This document shows positions 48,819 through 60,500 of a stretch of 64,000 nt of DNA, piece after piece. The notes beneath the pieces were generated by a model. It was not told the DNA's origin and made no database searches. It saw only the letters and a list, made by a program, of their open reading frames with translations. The translations under genes were made by a program, and so were the position numbers. The stretch is taken from the NCBI GenBank assembly GCA_947500875.1, contig CANMUN010000007.1:2244-66243 (forward strand), read 5' to 3'. Within the stretch, counting starts at the first letter, position 1, and each line of letters starts with the position of its first letter. This DNA comes from Flavobacteriales bacterium. GTDB taxonomy: Bacteria > Bacteroidota > Bacteroidia > Flavobacteriales_D > Crocinitomicaceae.

Positions 48819-49886
48819 ATGAACGAGACTAAATTACCTAAGTATCTTGACGCTGCCGCAACAACCCCTGTTGATCCTAGGGTTGTGGATGCAATGCTTC
48901 CTTATTTTACAGAGATTTTTGGAAATGCGAGCAGTAATCATGTTTATGGTAAACAAGCAAAACGCGCTATTGAAGTGGCTCGTAATCATATTGCTCAACT
49001 TCTAAATTCGGATTCAAAAGAGATTTATTTTACATCAGGGGCAACGGAAGCAATCAATTGGGCACTCAAGGGTTTTTTAGAGGCAAATCCTGAAAAAGGA
49101 AATCACATAATTACGGTAAAAACGGAGCACAAAGCCGTTTTAAATACGTGTGAATATCTTGAAACGAAAGGATACGAAGTAACTTACTTAAATGTTGATG
49201 AAAACGGATTAATCAGCTTTGAAGAATTGCAGCAGGCAATTTCATCTCAAACTGCCTTGATATGTATCATGTATGTGAACAATGAAATTGGTGTAATTCA
49301 GGATATACCTGAAATTGGTAAAATTGCTCAAGAAAATAATGTAACATTTTTTTGCGATGCAACACAAGCCATTGGTAAAGTTCCAGTTGATGTAGTCTTA
49401 GACAAAGTTGATATGCTTTGCTTATCTGCGCATAAATTCAATGGACCAAAGGGAATTGGCGCCTTGTATGTCAGAAAAGGGATAAGAATCAATCCTCTTA
49501 TACACGGTGGAGGGCAGGAGAAAGGGCTTAGAGCAGGGACCTATAATACGCCCTTAATTGTTGGGCTTGGCGAAGCGTCAAAAATGGCAAAAGATGAGTT
49601 CGAAGGGCGTGTTGAGCAATTGAAAATCAAACGATCCGAAATCGAGAATTACTTTGTTTCAAATAATTATGGAACAATTAACTTCAAAAACCAGCTAACG
49701 GCCCCGCATATATTAAGCGTATCGCTGAATGAGCAGGACGCCGAGGACTTTCTGATTGAGAAAAATCAGGAGTTCGTGGCATCAACGGGGAGTGCGTGTA
49801 ATTCTAATGTTATTATGCATTCACATGTATTAAAAGCGATGAAAATAAATGATCTTGTTAGGTTTTTAAGGATTAGTTTAAAATAA
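48819..49886 (+). CDS. Cysteine desulfurase (IscS/DndA/SspA-like)
   Basis: YLDAAATTP, FTSGATEA, PLP lysine SAHKFNGPKG, catalytic STGSAC; no isc/suf neighbours. Confidence 0.92.
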   Translation: MNETKLPKYLDAAATTPVDPRVVDAMLPYFTEIFGNASSNHVYGKQAKRAIEVARNHIAQLLNSDSKEIYFTSGATEAINWALKGFLEANPEKGNHIITVKTEHKAVLNTCEYLETKGYEVTYLNVDENGLISFEELQQAISSQTALICIMYVNNEIGVIQDIPEIGKIAQENNVTFFCDATQAIGKVPVDVVLDKVDMLCLSAHKFNGPKGIGALYVRKGIRINPLIHGGGQEKGLRAGTYNTPLIVGLGEASKMAKDEFEGRVEQLKIKRSEIENYFVSNNYGTINFKNQLTAPHILSVSLNEQDAEDFLIEKNQEFVASTGSACNSNVIMHSHVLKAMKINDLVRFLRISLK

Positions 49887-49890
49887 AAAT

Positions 49891-51603
49891 ATGATAGAAA
49901 ATAAAGAAACAGAATTTGAGATACACGGATTTGTAGAACAAGACACCGCTTTAGAGAGTATGAGAGCGTCAGATTTCGATTGCTATTCAGCTTATGGTGA
50001 GGTAATTGATAACTCGATTCAAGCGAATGCGACGGATATTCGACTTCAATTCGAGGAGCGAAAAGATAGACAAAACACTACCTCAAAAAAAATAGGAAGG
50101 GTTTTATTTGCTGATAATGGTCATGGAATGGATGTTGACCTTCTACATAAATGTTTAAAATTGGGTCATTCAAGTCGATATAATGATCGATCAGGAATAG
50201 GAAGATTTGGAGTCGGAATGACTTTAGGAGCAATTCATGAATGCAGAAGGATTGAGGTTTATTCGAAAATAACTTCTGGAAATTGGCACTACACATACCT
50301 AGATCTAGATGAAATAAAAGATGGGAAATTGAAGTTTCTGCCAAGTCCGATTCCCAAAAAACCGGATGAAGAATTAGCCGAATATATAATCGACTCAGGT
50401 ACTCTTGTAATATGGAGTAAATATGACAAGCAATTCGAGAAATACGAAAATATAATCAATCAAAGTGAATTCTGGATAGGCAGAACGTTTAGGAAGTTTA
50501 TTTGGGGAGAAGCCAAAGGTTATGACTCTGTAATAATTAGAATGAATGGTAGGATAATAAAAGCATTTGACCCATTATTTGTAACAAAAAAATTGACAGG
50601 TTTCGAAGAAGAACCACAAGCACAATTATTACCAACTCAAGTTATTTCATGGTCCGTCCCAACGGAAGCGAATTCGAGTAAACAGAAATCTGATATTGAT
50701 ATTAAAGTTTCATTACTTCCAGATGAGTATCGAAGAGATGCAGGCCAAGGAGGTGATAAATTCTCTCAAGAGAGATATATACATGAAAATGAAGGGATAT
50801 CAATTTTAAGAAATGATAGAGAAGTTTTCTATGGTCATATTCCGCATACTGTGAAATTAGGAAATAGTGAAGCAGATCAAATGGTCAATAGATTTATTGG
50901 ATGTGAAATTTCTTTTGATGCGGAATTAGACCTTGAATTTGAAGTTAAGAACATAAAAAGAGGTGCAAAACCTGTCCGCGAATTAAAAGAGAAAATAGTT
51001 GAACAAATTGCACCTACTTTCAGAAGCTTACGTGAGCAAATTCGAAATAGATGGAATGAAAGGAAAAGGGAAGATGAAGCCAATGTATCGAACGAAAATG
51101 CCGAAATAGGCGTATCGGGTACACATAGTTTAACAAATAAATTTTTAAAGGAAACAAAGGAAACTTTACTGAAAAATAACAAAGCTAACAAAGTAGAAAA
51201 TGATGAAAAAATTGCAAAAAAGGTAAATCCTGAGGCGGATGGTGATCAAATTCAGCAAGTTATCGAAGCATTGAAACAAAATGGTATTACTATCGATGAG
51301 AGAGAATTTATCGGTGATGCTTTTATTGATATTGAACACGGGAATCAGTTAAAGACTATTTTTTATAATACTAATTCAACCTTTTTTAAGGCCTATAGTG
51401 AAATCCTTGATGAATTAAAAGGCGAAAATGCTGAGCTTGCCAATAAGTATAGAGTGCTAATGGATTTAATTTTTGTTGGCTACATGTTAGCCGAATCAAC
51501 AATTGATCCTAATGAAAAAATGGATGGAGCGACATTTACTGATGAGATTAAACAATATTGGTCGATTAACTTATCCAAGATTTTAAAGAAATGGAACAGT
51601 TAG
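49891..51603 (+). CDS. GHKL/MORC-type ATPase (HATPase_c_3)
   Basis: EVIDNSIQA (N box), DNGHGM (G1), IGRFGVGM (G2), GTLVIW (G3). Confidence 0.88.
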   Translation: MIENKETEFEIHGFVEQDTALESMRASDFDCYSAYGEVIDNSIQANATDIRLQFEERKDRQNTTSKKIGRVLFADNGHGMDVDLLHKCLKLGHSSRYNDRSGIGRFGVGMTLGAIHECRRIEVYSKITSGNWHYTYLDLDEIKDGKLKFLPSPIPKKPDEELAEYIIDSGTLVIWSKYDKQFEKYENIINQSEFWIGRTFRKFIWGEAKGYDSVIIRMNGRIIKAFDPLFVTKKLTGFEEEPQAQLLPTQVISWSVPTEANSSKQKSDIDIKVSLLPDEYRRDAGQGGDKFSQERYIHENEGISILRNDREVFYGHIPHTVKLGNSEADQMVNRFIGCEISFDAELDLEFEVKNIKRGAKPVRELKEKIVEQIAPTFRSLREQIRNRWNERKREDEANVSNENAEIGVSGTHSLTNKFLKETKETLLKNNKANKVENDEKIAKKVNPEADGDQIQQVIEALKQNGITIDEREFIGDAFIDIEHGNQLKTIFYNTNSTFFKAYSEILDELKGENAELANKYRVLMDLIFVGYMLAESTIDPNEKMDGATFTDEIKQYWSINLSKILKKWNS

Positions 51604-51664
51604 TAATCGAGGACCAAATAGAATTAACATTGGATATTGTAAATCAAAGAAATTCTCGCGGACT

Positions 51665-53281
51665 ATGATATTGAAGCAATTAAATTTCAGTTATTTAACT
51701 AAGCATTTAGGTGTCGATATTTTTAATCTATTCAAATCTACCTTCGAAGCTGTTTCCGAAGATGGACACTTTGAAAACAATTTTGGAGATAAGGAAATAG
51801 CTTGCTTGTTGTTTGAACAAACAATTCCTGATAATTTTTTTGAATCTAAAACCAACTTGAGTTTATTCTGTAATGCTTTACCAGAAATTACCCAGAAGAA
51901 AATCAGTGGTGATCTGAATTGTCACAGAATCGAGGATCTTAAATGGAACAAAGAAACATCAAACTATTTTATCACTGTATTAGGTCTAAATTCAAAATTC
52001 GAATTAAAAGAAGATAAGATAGAAAATGAATTAATCGGCACAGCAATGACATTTGAAAAGCCTGACTTTTCCTTTAAATCCCTAAAGGAATATCAGGCTG
52101 GTGTTTTTTATCCTGTTTATGAATATATAAGTCAAACACCGTATGCGAGGTGCATAATCCAAATGCCTACAGGTTCTGGAAAAACAAGAACAGCAATGGA
52201 AATAGTTTGCGCAACTATAAATGACAAACAAAGAGATGTCATTTGGCTTGCAAACACCCAAGAGTTATGTGATCAAGCATTTTACACCTTTACAGAAATT
52301 TGGACTTTTCTCAGAAAAATAAGGTCTAGGGCAGTCAATCATATGAGGTTAGACTCTAAGCTTGAAGAATCTCCCTTACCGACTTTTCATGTTTCCTCTC
52401 TGCAAGGTTTAAAACCTGAATCAATTGAAGAGAAATTGAGGCAGAAAGGAATTGATAGAGATAATCTTGAGTTAGTAATTGTGGATGAAGCACATATTTC
52501 CATAGCGCCGACATATAGAAAAACAATAGAGTATTTGATACAAGGTGGTGCTAAATTAATTGGATTAACAGCCACCCCAGGAAGACAATTAAAAAGCTCC
52601 GGAAATGATGAAAACAAGTTGTTGAGCGATTTTTATTTCAATAAACTTTTTGAGCTCAGTACAGGAGATGAATTGCCTATTGATTATCTGAGATCAAAAG
52701 GAATTTTAGCAAATGCTAAATTCATTTCAATTGAAGGCACAAAAGTTGAAAATATCCTAACATTGAATGAAATATCTAACTGGAAAGAAAATAAAGTAAT
52801 CCCGAAGAAAATAGAGACATTGTTAACTAATGATGTAAATAGGAATGCGGTTATTTTTGATGAATTAGTGCAGCTTCTTAATAAGGGTAAGAAGATTATT
52901 TTCTTTGCAACATCTATAGAACATTCTAAATTAATAACAACATTATTGAATATCAAAGGATTTAAAGCTCAACATTTGGATGGAAACAGCGGCAAATATC
53001 GATCGCAAATCATAAAAAGTTTTAAAAATAATGAAACACAAATTCTTTCTAATTATGGTGTATTAAGTACTGGATTTGATGATCCGAAAATAGATGTTGT
53101 ATTTATGGCAAGACCAACAAATTCAATAGTTCTATATAGTCAAATTATAGGACGAGGATTAAGAGGCCCCATAATTGGAGGGACCGATTATTGTGAAATC
53201 TACACAGTTTTTGATAATATACTTGATCTTCCAGAAAACAACGAAATCTATTCATATTTTGACGATTATTTTCAAGAATAA
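51665..53281 (+). CDS. SF2 DEAD/DEAH-box helicase (ResIII-like)
   Basis: MPTGSGKT, VDEAH, GLTATP, LSTGFDDP, QIIGRGLRG. Confidence 0.92.
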   Translation: MILKQLNFSYLTKHLGVDIFNLFKSTFEAVSEDGHFENNFGDKEIACLLFEQTIPDNFFESKTNLSLFCNALPEITQKKISGDLNCHRIEDLKWNKETSNYFITVLGLNSKFELKEDKIENELIGTAMTFEKPDFSFKSLKEYQAGVFYPVYEYISQTPYARCIIQMPTGSGKTRTAMEIVCATINDKQRDVIWLANTQELCDQAFYTFTEIWTFLRKIRSRAVNHMRLDSKLEESPLPTFHVSSLQGLKPESIEEKLRQKGIDRDNLELVIVDEAHISIAPTYRKTIEYLIQGGAKLIGLTATPGRQLKSSGNDENKLLSDFYFNKLFELSTGDELPIDYLRSKGILANAKFISIEGTKVENILTLNEISNWKENKVIPKKIETLLTNDVNRNAVIFDELVQLLNKGKKIIFFATSIEHSKLITTLLNIKGFKAQHLDGNSGKYRSQIIKSFKNNETQILSNYGVLSTGFDDPKIDVVFMARPTNSIVLYSQIIGRGLRGPIIGGTDYCEIYTVFDNILDLPENNEIYSYFDDYFQE

Positions 53282-53289
53282 TCAAACAT

Positions 53290-54249
53290 ATGCTCTTCAA
53301 AAGTGGACATAATTTAGATCGTTCGGTAAAAGGATTTATCGAAGCAAATGATCAAATAACGATTTTTTCAGCCTACATAAAACTTGATCAATTAGAAGCG
53401 TACAATTTTAAAGGAAATATTGATAGAATTGTGGTTCGTTGGGAGGTTGAAGACCTTGTTAAAGAGGTGTCTGATTTTCAAGTTCTATATGAATTTTGCA
53501 AGAATTATAATATTGCTCTGTATCGCAATACAAGAATTCATCTTAAAGCTGTATGGAATAACGAGAATTCAGTTCTTTTTGGTTCTGCCAACCTAACTGG
53601 TAAAGGAATGGGGGAGAGGGGAACAAATTTCAATTATGAATTAGCAGGTATTGCCAATCCAATTTCATTTGATGATTTTTCATATTTAAATCACATCATC
53701 CAAGTAAGCGAACTAGTTAATGATAAACTTTTTCTTGAGTTAAAGAATATCGTAGATGAAATTGAATTACCCACAATTGATATCCCCGTGCTACCGACAA
53801 AAAAGAGTATGGAGGATGAGTTTTTATTATCGCAGTTACCTATGACCGCATCACCAAGTGTGTTCCTTGAAATTCTGGCGGACCCTTATACTTTTTGCCT
53901 TGAGGATCAATTAAAAGCAGCGCATGATAAGGCGCTGTATGAGGTGAATATCCAAGCCTCAACAACTGAAATGTATTCACAATTGAAAGAGAAATTTAAC
54001 AGTATGTCCATAATCAGAAAATTGAAGACGGACATTATGGAAAGTCCGAGAAATTCAATGGGATATGGTCAAGTTGTACGGTGGATTCAGGAAAATACTA
54101 CATCTGTTCCTACACCCATGAGCTGGGAGATCAAAAAAGAACAATTTGTTAATAATTTATACGAATGGATGTGTATCTTTGACAGTAGCTTTTCATGGGA
54201 AACTCCATCACATTCTCAAATTATTTATTATTGTCAATTAGAAGGCTAA
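53290..54249 (+). CDS. Phospholipase-D-like (HKD) nuclease domain protein
   Basis: IHLKAVW...FGSANLT...NYE single HKD-type motif; FSAYIK N-terminal motif. Confidence 0.82.
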   Translation: MLFKSGHNLDRSVKGFIEANDQITIFSAYIKLDQLEAYNFKGNIDRIVVRWEVEDLVKEVSDFQVLYEFCKNYNIALYRNTRIHLKAVWNNENSVLFGSANLTGKGMGERGTNFNYELAGIANPISFDDFSYLNHIIQVSELVNDKLFLELKNIVDEIELPTIDIPVLPTKKSMEDEFLLSQLPMTASPSVFLEILADPYTFCLEDQLKAAHDKALYEVNIQASTTEMYSQLKEKFNSMSIIRKLKTDIMESPRNSMGYGQVVRWIQENTTSVPTPMSWEIKKEQFVNNLYEWMCIFDSSFSWETPSHSQIIYYCQLEG

Positions 54250-56409
54250 CTATCCCTTTAAACTAGTCAATTCTTTTTGAAGTTCAGTTTTCAATTCTTC
54301 AAATCTTCTTTCCAAAACTCGTTTATAAAAATCTTGTTCAAGTTCTTGCGGACCTTTTGTGAATACTGTTTCGACGGGTAGAGGCAAACAATGACCAAAT
54401 CTGGCGGCAGCAGAAATAAAGGATAAATAATGTAGTGGCTCGTGAGTTCCTATCTCACGATTTGAAGTTTTTGAAATGAAAGTTCTATTTAGTGGACTGT
54501 TTAAAATATGTTTTTTATCCAATCTTAATTCTTTGGTGGATTCATATATGGATTTAGAGCTATTTAATGGACAAATATGATGATCCTCAATTGTCAACTC
54601 CCTTTCCTCACCTTTGTACGTGAATTTTTTATTAGATACAATATCCCACGAATTTAAACGAACGACATTTCCGTTTTCTAAGAAGTCATATGGTTGTTTA
54701 CTAATTATAAATTGAAGTATTGCATTGTGAATGTTGGTATTTATATCAACTTCACTATTGTTTCTTAGTAAAACCTCTTTATCCGAATAATCTTCAACAT
54801 TAAGTATTTTATCATATCTCTTTTCTATTGCTTGATTACTTTTCCTTAAATGTTCTTTGAGTGTAACCATATCTTCTTTCGATTGCTGATTCTGATCCAT
54901 TCGATAATATCCGCCAAATAAAGAAGTCCAATACCAATACTCAATTTTATCGATTGCCTTTTTATTCTGCCATGTTTTATCATTTGCCAAGCAATACGCA
55001 ATGGGTAAAAGCATCAATTTATAAGGAATTTTTTCGATTGAAACAACTCCACATCTGAAATGTAAAAAGGAATATGCCCTCAGTACGCTAGTTATCGCAA
55101 GTTGATAATTATCATTAATCTGTTTTTCATTTAATTCTAGAATTTTATTTCTTTTCAAATGGTCAATAGTGATTTTAGCTTTCGACTCATCTAGTCCACA
55201 ATGCGAAATCACTGATAGCATCTGTAGAAATCTAGATTTCAAATCAGTCGTTAAAGAATTATCTTCAATACATCCTATCAAAACAGGGTTATATTTCGTT
55301 GGCTTGTCACCTTGAATTGTTGATGTAATTGACTTTGGTAAATCGAAACCTAATCTTACCTCTTCAACCAGCCTATATGTCAACTGTTTTAATACTCTAT
55401 TTCTTGCCGATTTTGCAACTACCAAATCATATTCATCCAAAGGAGTTCCGGGTTGATTAATAACTTCAAATATAGCAAACGCACGCCCGATTTCTTTACT
55501 TTCAAGCTTCATTTCTACTACTGTATTATTTATTAGTCCAAGGAAAAAATCTGTGGTTTCTTTGATCCAAGCAGCTTTTAAAGAACTCCATGTATCTCTT
55601 ATTTTTTCTTCATCCTTATTTTCTAAATAATCCTTTATTGAATCATCTATTCCTGTTAGAATATCTATTATCATTGATTCATTCCCTTCAACTTCGGCTT
55701 GTATTTCTTCAAGCCGTTTTGAGGCAATTTTAGTGATAACTAATTTTATTAACTTATGGCCATTAACATTAGATATGTCATAAAGTGGAATCAAGAAGTC
55801 CTCAGACAATTTATCTGCAATTTTCAATCTTCTTTCAGCTGAAGTACAATAGTTTTTTTTATCTTTTTTAGGGTTGTATCCAGGGTGAAAATATTTTTGT
55901 GAATCTTTCGAGTATATAGCCTTTTGCTCAATAAAAGGTTCAAGCATAGAGGGTTCTAAATTAAAAAACACTTCTTTTTCAAACCTAAGTGAGCTTAAAC
56001 CGAAATAGTCTATTCCATTTTTGCAACTAACGTTTAAGTATGACCTATATTTAAGATCTTTATATAAGTTATCCCAAACCTGTCTCCAATTTTCGGGTTT
56101 ATCCTCATCGTAAAGATTAAAGAATGTGTTTTTCAAAGTAGAAAATCTTTGTTGTCCATCAAGCAAGTATACACAACTATTAGCAGCGTCAATATCGTTG
56201 TTATAACAAACAGCCCTAGCTGCAAAATCATCATTCTTCCCTTCGAGACTCAAGAAATTACCTGTAGGTAAATTAACGATAAATGATGATAATAATGTTT
56301 TTTGTTTTTCTGATTTCCAAACAAAATCTCTTTGAAAATTAGGTAATACGAACTCGTTGTTTTCGCTTCTATCTATCAATGAACTGAGTGTTGGTTCTTT
56401 TACTTCCAT
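54250..56409 (-). CDS. DUF262 + HNH-like protein (SspE/GmrSD-like restriction component)
   Basis: FVLPNFQRDFVW, LLDGQQR, FEVINQPGT; C-terminal EDHHICP...NSPLNRTFISKTSN. Confidence 0.82.
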   Translation of the reverse strand: MEVKEPTLSSLIDRSENNEFVLPNFQRDFVWKSEKQKTLLSSFIVNLPTGNFLSLEGKNDDFAARAVCYNNDIDAANSCVYLLDGQQRFSTLKNTFFNLYDEDKPENWRQVWDNLYKDLKYRSYLNVSCKNGIDYFGLSSLRFEKEVFFNLEPSMLEPFIEQKAIYSKDSQKYFHPGYNPKKDKKNYCTSAERRLKIADKLSEDFLIPLYDISNVNGHKLIKLVITKIASKRLEEIQAEVEGNESMIIDILTGIDDSIKDYLENKDEEKIRDTWSSLKAAWIKETTDFFLGLINNTVVEMKLESKEIGRAFAIFEVINQPGTPLDEYDLVVAKSARNRVLKQLTYRLVEEVRLGFDLPKSITSTIQGDKPTKYNPVLIGCIEDNSLTTDLKSRFLQMLSVISHCGLDESKAKITIDHLKRNKILELNEKQINDNYQLAITSVLRAYSFLHFRCGVVSIEKIPYKLMLLPIAYCLANDKTWQNKKAIDKIEYWYWTSLFGGYYRMDQNQQSKEDMVTLKEHLRKSNQAIEKRYDKILNVEDYSDKEVLLRNNSEVDINTNIHNAILQFIISKQPYDFLENGNVVRLNSWDIVSNKKFTYKGEERELTIEDHHICPLNSSKSIYESTKELRLDKKHILNSPLNRTFISKTSNREIGTHEPLHYLSFISAAARFGHCLPLPVETVFTKGPQELEQDFYKRVLERRFEELKTELQKELTSLKG

Positions 56410-56421
56410 TATTAAGATTTA

Positions 56422-57540
56422 TTATACAAAACAACTTGCACAACCTTCTCCATCGGCGTCCAAAATCTGGTCCTGCCATGATTTCGATTGGTTATTACGA
56501 TTAATACGAAGGTAGTGTTCTCTTTTGATATTGGCAATTCGAATTGGATTACGTAATTCCTCTAACGTTTCAGAATCCATCCATGAATAGCCATCTTTTT
56601 CATATTCCATGGCCTTTTCAAATAAATCAGCATGATGCTCAAGTAACCAGACCCATTCAATTTTTTGTTGGTAAAAACAAAAGAAACAACCGGATCGGCT
56701 TCTGCTATAGGTTCCTTTTTTCAGTTCCCCATTGATCTCAACTTCATATTCCAAAGGCTTATAGTAAGCAGGAATCCCAACACCCGAGTCTTCAAGAATT
56801 TTAAAAATATCCTCCAATACCAAGTTGTCCTCATTATCAACTAGTGGGAAATGATCAAGCTTTCCGACGGGATAATCCGTTGATTTAAGCATTTCAAAAA
56901 CAATTTTATTGTACGACGAGACCGAAATGTCTAATAGGGCATTCAGTTTTTGCTTAAGAGAAAAAGTAGGCGAAATAGGTTTTTCAGCAAATTCCAAAAA
57001 TCGGTTCACAAAATGCGTTGGAATATTGGTTTTTACATGTTCACAGAATGTGCCTAGTTTACCGTTAGACAGGACCAATTTATTTACATCCTCACTCCAA
57101 ATATTTCTTCTAAAAGGAAAGATGGATTGTACCGTCTGTTTTTTGGAAATATAACCGTCTCTATCCTCATCACCTCTAATGCCCACGTAGGAAATAGTAG
57201 GCAATTCCCCAATGTAATTTTCAAAGGGTTCTAATTTCAGTTTTTTGGTGCACCACCTAGAAGTAGAAGAGGGTAGATACCCACCGTACATAGAAAGAAA
57301 ATGATCGAAGGGACTTTTATCAGCTACGTTATGTAAATCAACGGCATCCAATTTTTTAATGGATTTGCCCATTTTACTTTCAAGCCGGTCAATCAGTTTA
57401 TAGGTTTCGTCAAGTTCTCGACCGGTATCACTGGTGTAATATTCAATGTCTAGCTCAGGATACAAAGCATTCAAATAAATAGCTAACGCAGCACTGTCTT
57501 TACCTCCGGAAATCCCTAATATGTGTCTTACCTTTGTCAT
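56422..57540 (-). CDS. PAPS-reductase family protein (SspD/DndC-like)
   Basis: PP-loop GISGGKDS, RWCT, GIRGDE, SRSGCFFCFYQ, C-terminal CASC. Confidence 0.88.
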   Translation of the reverse strand: MTKVRHILGISGGKDSAALAIYLNALYPELDIEYYTSDTGRELDETYKLIDRLESKMGKSIKKLDAVDLHNVADKSPFDHFLSMYGGYLPSSTSRWCTKKLKLEPFENYIGELPTISYVGIRGDEDRDGYISKKQTVQSIFPFRRNIWSEDVNKLVLSNGKLGTFCEHVKTNIPTHFVNRFLEFAEKPISPTFSLKQKLNALLDISVSSYNKIVFEMLKSTDYPVGKLDHFPLVDNEDNLVLEDIFKILEDSGVGIPAYYKPLEYEVEINGELKKGTYSRSRSGCFFCFYQQKIEWVWLLEHHADLFEKAMEYEKDGYSWMDSETLEELRNPIRIANIKREHYLRINRNNQSKSWQDQILDADGEGCASCFV

Positions 57541-60500
57541 TTAACAATGATTTTTTTAAGGGCATCAATAAGTGCTGCCTTGGATACATTCTTTTGATCC
57601 TTTTCTAACAGTGATTGAATCTGCTTGCTTAGCGATTGAATCGTTTTTTCTTCCGCTTGATTTACAAAAATGTTTTCATTGATTTTGTCGCTTGCGTCAC
57701 CGTTTAGTATGGAAATCTGGTACGCATTTCCAGTGGAGGAACCTTGCAACTTATTTAAGTCAATTAAATTGTTCAAGTCATCCAATAGCGCTTTTAAATT
57801 ATCAATAAATACAGGGATGTCTTCATCAGTGCATTTGTCCAATTTTTTACCTAAAACGGCATCGCAAATGGATTCCCAGTAAGCTTTCTTAATATCGAGG
57901 GGCGAAGTTAGTCGCGTTAGTAATAGCTTTAATTGAGGGTTCAGAATTCGATTTTTATTGATGGTTCCAAATCGATCTAAAATAGCTGATTTTAATACGT
58001 CAAAAGATTCAGCTTCTATGGTTAAATGATGACTTATTTCCTGCTCAATAGATTCAATGAGTACATCATATGCGGTTCTAATTTCGCGAATCGCTTGTTT
58101 CAAGGATGTAATGAATTCAACTGAATTATCTTTTCTACTTAATTCCTCAAAATAACCCAGAGCCTCTGGTATTTGGGAGAAAAGAGCTGATTCTGGGTCC
58201 TTCGCATGTGCAATCGCTTGCCGAACACCAATTCCTTCCTTGGACAAGTTCTTTGTTTTTTTACTATAGTCATCAAGTCCCCTGTAAAACCTCAAGAAAT
58301 TTCCATAAATCGAAATATAACTTGATTGCAGTCCTTTAACATTGGTTTCATTAAAGCCTACCATTTCTTTGTAGGAATCTAAATAACTGACATTAATTCC
58401 CTTCGAGGAAAGGCCTTTGATGAAGTACTTTTTCGGGTGTTTATAAACAAGGTCCAATACTTCAGGAGTTATCTGGGGGATATACTCACCATCATCGTAA
58501 TATAATGAATACTCTTCCTTTTGAATAATCATGAAAATGGGTATCCAATAGTCTAGAAATCCTTTTTTCAAACCAAAAGGTTTTTCTTTCAGTACATCGT
58601 ACAAATCTTGAACTGAAGTTTTCCGATTAGTCGAGTCTTCTAAAAGTACTCTGCTTTGATTCCATAATTTAGAAAAACTGGCATCTAGAGGTTCAAAAAA
58701 ACCAACGCGTTCTCCTTCTTTTCTGTGAATTCCAGTTTGTTTGAGTAGGGATAAATAAATGGTTTTTTCTGGTGGAAATTTTGAAGGTTCAAATCCTAAG
58801 TCAATCAAATCGCCATGTTCAATGATTGCTTTGATGAGTTGTTTTCTAGCGGTTAATATTGGCGTTGAAATCGTATTTCTGTTAACCATTTCATTCTTGT
58901 AGATAGGAGCATCATTAAACCAAGAAATACACAGTACGCTTATAATTTTATTTAAATCTGTAATTGAATTTACATTGGTTTTTTCTCCGTTTACAAACCA
59001 CTCAAAATGTCCAAGTGAGAAAGACTTTTCTTCAAAATATGCATTAATTAAATCAATCCGATGAGAAATATCCTCATTGATGATTCTTAGAGCGGGCTTG
59101 TCATCCAGATATTTAACCTGGATATTCATTAATTTCTCAAGCTCAATTAGGTTGTATTTTACCGAATTATCTTTTTTAGCCGAGGCAATTACAAGAGGTT
59201 TTATGCTCGATTTTATGGTGCTTAATTCTGATTCAGTTAGATCTTCAAATAAATAAATTATTTCACCATCGTAATTACTGTTTAAGTCTAGTAACTCTGT
59301 TTTGTCTTTGAAAACACAATTAAAAATCCTTGGAATACCATTGGTATAATAAGCCCGTTTGGCGAAAATACGTGGCAAGATTATGAGTTCCTTTAAGCGG
59401 GAAATCACATTGAAATCATGATCTATTTGATTGTTTGCAAGTACTAACTCTTCCTCGAGATTTAAATCTGTAGCTTCTTTGAAAATGTATCTATTTTTTA
59501 CCCTTGAGTAAACGATAATATTTGAACTTTCTAATAATGCTATTAATTCAATGCTATTGTGGAATTTTCCTGTCGCCTTAAAATACTTTTCTATAAAGGT
59601 TTTGTCAAGTATACAAGCGTTGTTAGCGAAAATCGAGGTTATACAAATGAATTTAATGATGGAGGACAATTCATGGTAGTTGGAGCTAAATTCAATTTCT
59701 ATACGGTCATTAATTTTCAATGCAGCTTGCCAAATGGATTTATTTGAATTCCGAATAGGATCTTCAATAGCTGAGTAATGGTATTTTATCAGATAATCAA
59801 AAATATTTTCTATGGTGAATATTTCGTGGTTTTTAATAAAACCATAGCAATAATCGGAATCCAAAAATCCAAAAAGTGATCTTTCATTTTGGCCATATTT
59901 TTGCAAACTTTTGGTAAGTAATTCGGCTGCAAAGGGGTCAAGTGGATATAAAAGCTCAAGTTCTTTCTGCTGTTTTTTATTTTTGACTTGAATAGCGCGA
60001 TGTTGCGCCAACAAATCAAATAAAGGGTTTAAGTCCTTTTTATTTCGAATCCTCTTTGCTCCAAGTTTTTGGGCGGCGAAAAATAGCAATTGCTCAATTG
60101 GCTCATCAAATGGAATTTCCATCATTCGGCCTTGTACCTTCTCCCATTCTGAACGCTGTGCTACGCTCAGGTTGTGAGCGTAAGCGTTTATGTTTTGATG
60201 GAGTGTAGTAATAAAAAGTACATTTCTCAAGGGGTCATTTAAAAATTCACAAAGCTCCTGAATGAAATACATTTCTTCGGGATTTTTCTGTGCAATGAAC
60301 TCTAAATGCTTACCAAATTCATCTACAATAATTACAAGACCAATGTGTTTATCATTCAACTCCTCTAAGAGAAAATTGAAATTCTTCAATATTACTTTAT
60401 TCGTAGCGTCAATATATGTTGTTAATCCGAAATGTTCGCAGAAAGTAGCTTTAAATGAAATTGATTCACCTATAATCTTAACAAATTGATATTGATTGGA

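Noticed and set aside
48819..49886. Housekeeping iscS of Fe-S assembly
   Set aside because: No iscU/suf genes nearby; it sits in an AT-rich island beside PAPS-reductase and DUF4007 genes, favouring a DndA/SspA role
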